Below, one piece after another: positions 1 through 8,925 of a DNA stretch of 64,000 nt; positions within the stretch are counted from its first letter, which is position 1, and every line of letters starts with the position of its first letter. The notes beneath the pieces were generated by a model, which saw only the letters and a list, made by a program, of their open reading frames with translations, ran no database searches and was not told the DNA's origin. The stretch lies in contig NC_086120.1 of assembly GCF_963921235.1 (NCBI RefSeq), positions 9,300,001 to 9,364,000 on the forward strand, written 5' to 3'. This stretch comes from Mobula hypostoma (taxonomy: Eukaryota). A program made the translations under genes and the position numbers.

Positions 1-1253
1 AATCATTGCTAACCTGTGTGAATTATTTACTTCGATATTACTGTATTGCGTAGTTACTAATAAATATTATTAGTTGTTAGCAATATGAGACTCCAAAATG
101 GTTTCCATCTCTCTGCAATAACCACGGGATAAATACGGTCACCCAGCAATTCATAAGTTATACGTTATAATTTTTCAGCTAATTTTACAGCGGAAATGTT
201 GATTTACAATCTAATCGTGTTCGTGTCCAGCATCAGTTTTACTCGACAGAGTTGTGTTTGGTGAAATGTTTCCGTCTTTTAATAAAGCATTTCTCTTTTC
301 GGTTGTGTTTTCGGACGAACCATAATTTAACATGTTCTGTTCATTGGTGTTATTTCTGCTCTCGTGTTAGTCTGTCAGTTTTTATGGTGGTTTCACAGTA
401 AGGAACGTGAAGGGATCCAGTGAAGGGACATAGTGGGATGTGAGGTCTCAGTGGGGTCAGGACATTCCACTGTGGTTGTCAAGACTGCAGAATGACAAGT
501 TTCAAGTTACTGTTTAGGACTCTCCAATGAAACAACCCTCGGACTTTCACTGGACTTCCAGTGAGGGTGGAACTCTCGTCCTTCACCATCGGATAACAGA
601 CCCTCTCCCACTGCCCAGTCCTTGCCTCCTCTCTCCTGCCATCTGTTACCTTTAGCGATACTCCTTCCCGGGACTGTTCTGCGAACCCGGTCATTACACC
701 GACTGTGGCCAGAGCTCCGATTCTGAGGATAATCCAACCTCCCGTCCCTCACGGTGAGTGGGAGCCGAATCACTCCACATCACAAATCAGAGAGCGACCT
801 ACCCCGCCCCGCTCCATGGAGCTCAGGACCGTGCAATCGGAGCCCTCGCCCACTGGGGCAGAGCAGATTGTGAGATGTTTAACCTCCCAACAGCAGCGGG
901 ATCATTAGTGATGGGTGATTGGGGCGGAGGCAAGAGGAGGAACGTGTCACTGATGGCCCAGAGAGTGGACACTTTAAACTACTCTGGGGGTGGGGGCGCT
1001 TTGATGCCAGTGTGTCTCTCAATTCAGTGAATGACTGACTCCGCGCCAAACAACCTCACCGATTGGAGTAGATTTCTAGTTTTTCCAGGCTGACCAATAT
1101 GTACTGTCCTCCATGGGCACTGCACGGTCTCTCAGTGAAACTCCGGGCCCCTGGCAATGAAGCTGAAACCTTTTACTCGCGATTCTGTCAAACTGTGAAA
1201 TGACGAGAGTTATGGCGCGACTTGAAACACGTTTTCTCTCGTTTATGTTCCAG

Positions 1254-1576
1254 CTCAGCAGCTCCCGGACCCTTCAGTGAAACTACTTGGGTCGTCAGCC
1301 GAGGAGATCTCCGCTAAAGGATCGGGCACCTTAGTTTGCCTGGTCAGTAAGCTGTCGATCGGCTTCCCTGTCGTCAGCTGGACAGTGAACGACAGTCCGA
1401 CGAGCAGTGAGGTGCAAACCAGCGGGGTGACTCAGAACGCGGACAAAACCTTCAGTCTCAGCAGCTACCTGACGGTGCCCGGCGCAGACTGGAGCAGTGG
1501 GAAGAGGTACTCCTGCTCAGTTCAACAAGGAGCAGCCTCGACAATATCCGCAACTGTCACACAGTCCAGCTGTTAA
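1254..1576 (+). CDS. Ig light-chain constant exon, copy 1 (sigma-like)
   Basis: Acceptor ttccAG at 1252-1253, phase 1. Translation (A)QQLPDPSVKLLGSSAEEISAKGSGTLVCLVSKL..VSW..FSLSSYLTVP..WSSGKRYSC..QSSC* is a C1-set domain with a terminal Cys for the H-L disulfide. The isotype call comes from recalled sigma C motifs (LVCLVSKLS) and is less certain. Confidence 0.95.
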
Positions 1577-1868
1577 ACAGAGCGCGGCTTCGGCCTTGTT
1601 TGTTCCCGATTAACGGGAGATCATGGCCTTGTATCTTTCACCTCTACCTCTCTCACTCGCTCTTCACTGTACTTCCCTTCTGTTCCGCTCTCTGTAGTTT
1701 CCACTGTGGTGTTGGAATATTTGTACCCGAGGCTGATTTGAGGCGGATTTGGTTCTTTTTCCTACTGAGAGGCTACACGGTGGTAACGCGGACAGTTATT
1801 TGGCTTCTTGAAATTTCAGGCTGTGAATGGTTTTCTTTGAAATTGGGTTTGGTTTAATTAGAATAATT

Positions 1869-1874
1869 AATAAA
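1869..1874 (+). terminator. Polyadenylation signal of C copy 1
   Basis: AATAAA ~295 nt after the stop; the same motif sits at the equivalent position in copy 2. Confidence 0.7.
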
Positions 1875-3489
1875 CGTTTTGTGATTCATTATCAGTATCA
1901 GACTGACAAACGGTAATGGTGACTAACTACCAATAAAGATGATCAGTGCAGGAATGATTTCCGAGCGCGCCTTTCGTCTTCTTTCGTGTTTTTCCTATTC
2001 TGATACCAAGTGGGAGGAGAGAAGAGAGCGGAGACTCGTCTCTCTCTGGTTCGTGAAGTTCAGGAAATCTCTCCGGCAGCCTTGGACGCCGAATATCAGC
2101 AACGAATGACGGGAAGTTCTATTGCGGAGATACTGGAAAGAATCGGGTCAGGGTGGTTGGTTGACTGTTAGGCTGCGATGTAAAATGAGAACAAAGTAGT
2201 TGATGTTGGGAAGGTTAGTAAAGGAAATGAACATGAACGTGGCTGGAAATATTCACTTTCTGGAGCAGCACTGGTGGAGAGAGGAATAAATTGTAATTAC
2301 ATTCTGGGCTAATGAAGTTTTGCCAGAAATTACCACTCCGCCAAAGCTTCCGAGGCTGAACTCTTATCCTCTCCCCATTTGCAGCGCCACTGTATTCATT
2401 TCCCAAACCCCGTTCCGACTTTGATCCTTCCCCTCCCTCCCTAGCAACTCGCTCAGAGCCCTCCACCGCTGACCTCCCCCTCACCCCCTTGTCGTTACTT
2501 CGATGGACGGGGTAGTCACCATTGGGCAATTCAGTCCGGGATTTCAAATAATGGCTGCTTCTCTGCTGCTGTTCATTCTGAGGAGCATGAGAGTGGTGGC
2601 AGAGGGAGGCAGAGTGTGTGTGTCATAGAAAGAGAGAGATAGAGAGAGGGAAGGAGATGGGATAGATAGAGAGAGGGAGTGACAGGAAAATAGCAGATAG
2701 CGAAGGGAAGATGAGAGAATAAAACGCCCAGGAGATAAAAATGCGGGAAGGAAACCAGTTGGGAGAGTTGCAGGATGGGTAACAGAGGGGAGGTAAAGAG
2801 AGAACCAGCAATCCTGGTACAGCTGGAAGTTTGATCAGTGCTGTTTGTACTTGCATGGAAAGGTCGAGTGGACGGGAAATCCAAGGTTTCTCTTGCGATC
2901 GCAAGACCCAGTTGGACATCGATAATGTGAGATGCAACAGTCTGGTTTTACTTGCTTGGTCTATAACGGACGGCGAGGCTGCAGCGTGGCCTCGGTTGTA
3001 GGCACGGACTAGGGCTCCATCGAGCTTGCTGGATGAGACGACGCTGCAGACGGTGTAGCATGGAGTCCGTGCTCAGTTGAGATTTGGCCTCTTCGGTCAG
3101 TGCTGCCCTCCAGTGTTCGATCTGTGGAATGACAGGCTGTATTGCCGGGAGCTGTATACTCAAAGTGTGCGTGGCTCAGGGACCTGGACTAAACATGTGT
3201 TTTTCTCTTTTTTTTTCGTGTATCCGAGTATCGTTGGAATCATAATTAAACTTGATTCCATTCGATTTGACTTCAGTTGAAAAGGTCCTTCAGAGCTAAG
3301 AACTGTAAGCTGTCAATTCGAGGAGTTATGTTCGATTCGAAGGAATAGATGGAGCCAGTCAGCTCCTCCAGCGCCATTGTTTGGTCCCCACATTTAGAAC
3401 GAGTTCAAACCCTCAAACTGCCAAAGTGAGTTTGAACTCCATGACTGAATCACTGATATGGAAACAGGAAGCCTGCACTGCTCTATCAC

Positions 3490-3615
3490 AAACAAGAAAA
3501 GATCTGCAGATGCTGGAAATCCAAACAACACACACGAAATGCTGGAGGAACTCAGCAGGCCTGGCAGCATCTATGGAAAACAGTACAGTCGACGTTTCGG
3601 TTCGAGACCATTCAA
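3490..3615 (-). mobile_element. Penelope 3' terminal-repeat fragment upstream of the V promoter
   Basis: Reverse complement of the gatgctgcc..ggcctgctgagttcctccagcatt..gtgtgttg tail shared with the Penelope copies; the hammerhead core is degenerate. Confidence 0.8.
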
Positions 3616-3849
3616 GAACCTGCAATGTCCTGTCCTGTTGTCACTGGAGGTGTGAGGGACATCTGTGGACCAAAGGAAGGAATCAGCGAAATAAAGGCAG
3701 AGTTTGGGAAATGTCAGACAACGAATGACTTTTTCATTCGTAATTTGTTTTTAACGGATCAGTCAGTTGCTAACAATGTCGCCGCCCCAACCCGATGGTA
3801 CGTGACAGCATATGGGAAGGTTTCCGATCCCCGCTCTGATTGGTCAGTG

Positions 3850-3901
3850 TGAGTCACTCTGATTTGCGTGGATTCCCTCCCCGGTGTGAGTGGCTCTATA
3901 A
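3850..3901 (+). promoter_or_regulatory. Ig V promoter: AP-1-like site, octamer variant, TATA
   Basis: TGAGTCA 3850-3856, ATTTGCGT 3862-3869 (1 mismatch to octamer ATTTGCAT), TATAA 3897-3901, ~80 nt upstream of the leader ATG. Confidence 0.65.
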
Positions 3902-3981
3902 CTGGGCTCCATTGGCAGCGGCGGCCAGTCAGTCACAGATCCACCGGCAGAAGGGAGGCAGGAAGCTGACGGGCAGCAACG

Positions 3982-4028
3982 ATGCTGACGCTATGTTTTT
4001 TTCTGGTCTCTGGCAGTGTGTCTGGGCT
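3982..4028 (+). pseudogene. Ig light-chain leader exon (apparent +1 T in the T7 run)
   Basis: ATG at 3982 and donor GTGAGT at 4029. Removing one T gives MLTLCFFWSLAVCLG with the canonical phase-1 intron. As assembled it reads MLTLCFFLVSGSVSG with phase 2. Confidence 0.75.
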
Positions 4029-4127
4029 GTGAGTACAGGCAGCAAGTCCGCACCCAATGGTGGCTGAGGTGGGTCTTGGGGTCACACTAAAGAGTCAATG
4101 TTAAAGTTGAATTCTTGTCTTTCACAG

Positions 4128-4482
4128 CTGGAGAGTCCCAGACTCTGACTCAGACTCGACCATGTCGGAGAGACCGGGAGCCACGTCCACGCTGAATTGT
4201 GACATCGGAACAAAGGATGGCAATCATGTGAACTGGTACAAGCAGACTCCGGGAACAATTCCACAATGGATCCTAAATTATCATGATTCCTGGAATAGCC
4301 CAAACTACGCCCCTGGGATTAGCAGTGAGCGTTTCACGTCGACAGCCAACAGCGCCGGCACTGAGTATCAGTTAATCATAAACAGGGTGGAGATGAATGG
4401 CGCTGCCGTCTATTACTGCGGAAAGTGGGTTACACGAACCAGTACTTTAGTGTTCGGCCGGGGACAAAGCTCTTTGTTACAG
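4128..4482 (+). pseudogene. Pre-joined V-J exon of a sigma-like Ig light chain, with frameshifts
   Basis: Acceptor cacAG at 4126-4127. QTLTQTRP/MSERPGATSTLNC..WYKQTPG..long CDR2 YHDSWNSPNY..SSERFT..YQLIINRVE..AVYYCGKWVTRTSTLVFGRG runs directly into J (/TKLFVT) with donor GT at 4483. No RSS lies between V and J. There is a -1 near 4160 and a -1 in the G run 4460-4463. Confidence 0.9.
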
Positions 4483-5561
4483 GTACGTGTCTGGGAAATA
4501 TCTCCTGCAATAACCACGGCATAAATACGGCCACCCGGCAATTAATAATTTATACGTTGTAAATGCCTAGCGAATATTAAAGTGAAAATATTAATTTACA
4601 ATTTAATCGTGTTTCGAGTTCAGCGTCAGTTTTACGGGACAGAGTTGTGTTTGGTGAATTGTTACCTTCTCATAATGAAACATTTCTCTTTTCGGTTGTG
4701 TTTCCGGACAAACTATGATTTAACATTTTCTGATCATTAGTGTTATTTCTGTTCTAGTGTTAGTTTGTCAGTTTTTGTGTTGCTTTGATAGGAACGAAAG
4801 AGAAGGGACACAGTGGGACAGGACGCTGCCGACTGAAGATAGTCCATGGCAATACATTAGAACGACAAGTTTCAAGTTATTGTTTAGCACATTCCCGCGA
4901 AACATCCCTCGGACACTTACGGGACTTGCTGTCCACCCAGTGAGGGTGGAACTCTCCTCCAGCACCTATGAATTAAAAGACCCTCTCCCAGTGCCCAGCC
5001 CTCGCCTCCTCTCCACCTGCTCATTTGAGCGCTGTTCCTTTCTGGGGAACCACTTTTCAGCGATCCCGACGCTGCACCGACTATGGCCAGAGCTCTTGCG
5101 GAGAATCCATTCTCCCAATCCGCACGGTGAGTGGGAGCCGAATCCTTCGACATCATCACAAATCACAGAACGACCTACCCTGCCCCGATCCATGGAGCTC
5201 AGGACCGCGCTTTTGCAGCTCTCGCCCATTGGGGCAGAGCAGATTGTGAGATTTTTTTTCTCCCTGCAGAAGCTGGGCCATTAGTGACGGGTGGGTGGGT
5301 CGGAGAAAAGGGGAGGAACGTGTCACGGAGATGGAACAGAGAGTGGGCACTTAACTACTCTGGGGGCGCTTTGATGCCAGTGTGTCTCTCAATTCCGGGA
5401 ATGACTCAGCGCCAAAAAGCCTCACCCGTTGGAGTAGATTTCCAGTATTCCAGTTTAAGCAATACGCACTGTCCTTCATGGGCACTGCGCTGTCTTTCAG
5501 TGAGATTCGCAGCCCCACTCAATTAACCTGAAACCTTTTACTTGCGCTCTGTCAAATTGTG

Positions 5562-5719
5562 GAGGACCTGGGAGCGATGAACCCCACGGGGTATGGGCTG
5601 TTTTATAGACGGTAGTAACCAGATTTTAATCTGAGTATACTTACTCTCTTGTAAATATTGAAAGTCTGCACTTGGTGTATATATGATGTAAATAAACTTT
5701 TATAGTTTCGTAAAAAAAA
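5562..5719 (+). other. Copy-2-specific intronic insertion ending in AATAAA plus A8 (retroposed 3' end)
   Basis: Absent from copy 1 (..ctgtgaaatgacgagag..). AATAAA at 5691-5696 and an A run at 5712-5719. No clear TSD. Confidence 0.6.
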
Positions 5720-5770
5720 GACGAGAGATCTTTCGCATTTTGAAACACATCTTTTTTTGTTCTCGTTCAG

Positions 5771-6093
5771 ATCGGCAGCTCCCAGACCCTTCAGTGAAAC
5801 TACTTGGGCCGTCAGCCGAGGAGATCTCCGCTAAAGGATCGGGCACCTTAGTTTGCCTGGTCAGTAAGCTGTCGATCGGCTTCCCTGTCGTCAGCTGGAC
5901 AGTGAACGACAGTCCGACGAGCAGTGAGGTGCAAACCAGCGGGGTGACTCAGAACGCGGACAAAACCTTCAGTCTCAGCAGCTACCTGACGGTGCCCGGC
6001 GCAGACTGGAGCAGTGGGAAGAGGTACTCCTGCTCAGTTCAACAAGGAGCAGCCTCGACAATATCCGCAACAGTCACACAATCCAGCTGTTAA
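5771..6093 (+). CDS. Ig light-chain constant exon, copy 2 (sigma-like)
   Basis: Acceptor ttcAG at 5769-5770. (D)RQLPDPSVKLLGPSAEE...QSSC* is an intact C1-set domain, 6 nt different from copy 1. Confidence 0.95.
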
Positions 6094-6369
6094 ACAGAGC
6101 GCGGCTTCGGCCTTGTTTGTTCCCGGATTAACGGGAGATCATGTCCTTGTATCTTTCACCTCTACCTCTCTCACTCGCTCTTCACTGTACTTCCCTTCTG
6201 TTCCGCTCCCTGTAGTTTCCACTGTGGTGTTGGAATATTTGTACTCTGATTTGAGGCGGATTTTGTTCTTTTTCCTACTGAGAGGCTACACGGACAGTTA
6301 CTTTGCTTTTGGAAATTTCAGGCGCTGAACGGTTTCTCTGAAATTAGGTTTGGATTAATTAGAATGATT

Positions 6370-6375
6370 AATAAA
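6370..6375 (+). terminator. Polyadenylation signal of C copy 2
   Basis: AATAAA at the position paralogous to 1869-1874. Confidence 0.7.
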
Positions 6376-7689
6376 TGTTTTTGTGACTCGTCATCAGTAT
6401 CAGACTGACAAACGGCAACGGTGACTAACTACCAATAAATATGATCAGCGCAGGAATGATTTCCATGTGTGCGTCTCAACATCTTTTGTGTTTATCCAGT
6501 TCTAACATCAAGTGGGAGGAGGAAAGAGAGAGGAGACAAGTCTCTCTGTTCTGGTTCGAGTCCTGGTTTCGCGAAGTTCAGGAAATCTCGACGGCAGCCT
6601 TGGACACCGAATATCAGCAACGAATGACGGAAATTCTATTGCGGAGATACTGGAAAGAATCGGGTCAGGGTGGTGGGTTGACTGTTAGGCTGCGATGTAA
6701 AATGAGAACAAAGCAGTTGATGTTGGGAAGGTTAGTAAAGGAAATGAACACGAACGTGGCTGTAAATGTTAAGGTTCTGGGGCAGCATTGGAGGTGAGGA
6801 ATAAGTTGTAGTTACGTTCTGGACTAATAAGGTTTCGCCAGAGATGACAAATACTGACACAAACTAGAAAGTCTGGGTTTCTGAAATGGTTGGGTCACAA
6901 GGGATGTAAACTTCCCAGTAATAAGTTGAAATACTGTTCCTCAACTATCTTTTGGGTGATGGTATGCAGCTACAGGAGTCCAGAGACAGAGTAGTTCAGG
7001 GTTTACTTCACGTTAGCTACTGGTCCCCTTTCCACTGCTCTCCCAGCCATACCCTCGCCATCTCTCCCTTCTCCTTCCCACTCCGATCAATGCTTCCTAG
7101 GCTGAACCCGAACCCTCTCTCGATCTGCAGCGCCACTGCATCCATTTGCCGAACCCTGTTCCGACTTTGATCCTTCCTCTCCCTCCCCAGCAACTCGCTC
7201 AGAGCCCTCCGCCGCTGACCTCCCCCTCACCCCCTTGCCGTTACTTCGATGGACGGGGTAGTCACCATTGGGCGATTCAGTCCGGGGTTTCAAACAATGG
7301 CTGCTTCCCTGCTGCTGTTCATTCTGAGGAGCATGAGAGTGGTGGCAGAGGGAGGAAGAGTGTGTGTGTCAGAGAAAGAGAGAGATAGAGAGAGGGAAGG
7401 TGAGATGGGATGGATGGAAAGAAGGATGGGTGACAGAGGCGAAGTAAAGAGAGACTCAGCAATCCTGGTACAGCTGGCAGTTTGATCCGTGCCATTTGCA
7501 CATGCATAGAAAGGTAGATTGGAGGGGAACTCCCAGGTTCAATTTCCAACAGCACAGGCATTGCGGCGCTGAGTTCCTGAGAAAGAAAGCACACTCACTA
7601 AAACACCACCCTGCAATGAGCAAAACCCACCATTCCCATCACACAAAGAAACCTCACACCGCCATGTTCTCAAGCTGCACTCCCCGAGA

Positions 7690-7985
7690 GGGAACGGTCT
7701 CAGAAAACAAAGGCGTCCCTTTCGAACAGAGATCAGGAGGAATTTCTTCAGCGAGAGGGTGGTGAGTCTGTGGAATTCATTGCGACAGTTGGTTGTGCTG
7801 GCCAAGTCATGAAGTATACTTAAAAAGGAGATTGACATTTTCTTGAAAAGTAAACGCGTCAACGTGTACGCGGAGAAGGCAGAAGAATGGGAATGAGAGG
7901 GATAATAAATCAGCCATGATGGAATAGCGGAGTAGATGAGCTGAATGACCTGTTTCTGCTCCTATATGTTGTGGTTTTATGGTGC
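7690..7985 (+). mobile_element. CR1 (HER1-like) LINE 3' end
   Basis: ggaatttcttcagc.agagggtggtgagtctgtggaattc...tcagccatgatggaat...tgctcctatatgttgtggttttatggt, a typical CR1 3' end. Confidence 0.75.
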
Positions 7986-8925
7986 AATTTATCAAAACAC
8001 ATAATGAGGCCATTCAGCCCGTTGGGTCCATGCAAGGTCCCAACAGAGCAATCCCATTGGTGCCTGTTCTGTTCTCCTCAAACATGCCATCAAGTTCTGG
8101 TAACACTGAAATCAATGGGGTATCATGAGTAAAGCACACCAGTGACTGGAATCATATCTCACCTGAAGAAAAATGTTGTGGTTGTTGTACTTCAAACGTC
8201 CCAGGCCCATGATATCACTGCAGCTGTTCCTCATGGAATACATTCAACCCAAGCATGTTTGCTGCTTCCTCAGGAATCTTCCTTCCACTATAAGATCTCC
8301 ATAAGACCATAAGACATAGGAGCAGAATTAGGCCATTTGACCCATCGAGTTTGCTCTGTCATGTTCGATTTATTATCCATTTCAACCCCATTGATTCATG
8401 GTTGATTCATTATCCTTCTGAACCCCATTCACCTGCTTTCTCCCCATATGTTTTGACACCCTTACTAATCAATAACCTAACAACCTCTATTTTAAATATA
8501 ACCTTTATCATGGCCTCCAAGGCTGCCTGTGGCAAAAGCTTCAATAGATTCATCAACCTCGGATAAGGAAATTCCTATTTTCATCTCTGTTCTAAAGGGA
8601 CATCCTCGTATTATGAGGCTCTGCTCGCTAGTAATATATTCTCCAAATATTGGAAACATCCTCTCCACATCCACTTCACTTTGTCATGGTCCGGTCCGTG
8701 AAATCCGTGTTCCGGTTCACGGTCCGGTCCATGGTTCCTTGTTCCGGGGTTTCTGGTTTTCCCCAGTGTCTGTTGTGGGCACAAGTTTCTCGTTTTGGGG
8801 CTGAGACATAAATTCCTCTGCGAACCAGGGATTCCCTGCTGGACAGTCCTGTTCCCCTCCCTGTCTTTTCCCCCCTTGCCTGACTCTCTGTCTGCTCACC
8901 TGGCCTGGATACCCTGCCTGCATTG

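Larger units (their letters stand above)
109..7540 (+). repeat. Tandem duplication of an Ig light-chain unit (copy 1 ~109-2888, copy 2 ~4499-7540)
   Basis: Colinear homology across the J-C intron, C exon, 3'UTR and ~1.3 kb of 3' flank. The C exons are offset by 4517 bp. Non-coding parts are clearly diverged and contain indels. Confidence 0.95.

Noticed and set aside
36-44. TATTACTGT (YYC) suggesting the V end of cluster copy 1
   Set aside because: It is followed by a stop, has no upstream V framework and no J or RSS; a chance match in AT-rich intron.
540-550. GGACTTTCAC as a kappa-B enhancer site
   Set aside because: Imperfect match and not conserved in the copy-2 intron.
4772-4815. Nonamer-like AGTTTTTGT and heptamer CACAGTG as a possible RSS
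   Set aside because: The spacer is 28 nt (not 12 or 23), the orientation is inconsistent, and it is not conserved in copy 1. CACTGTG at 468-474 also lacks a nonamer.
4757-5526. Long ORFs in the J-C introns (for example 175 aa at 4757-5284)
   Set aside because: No recognisable domain, and frames and stops are not conserved between the two paralogous introns.
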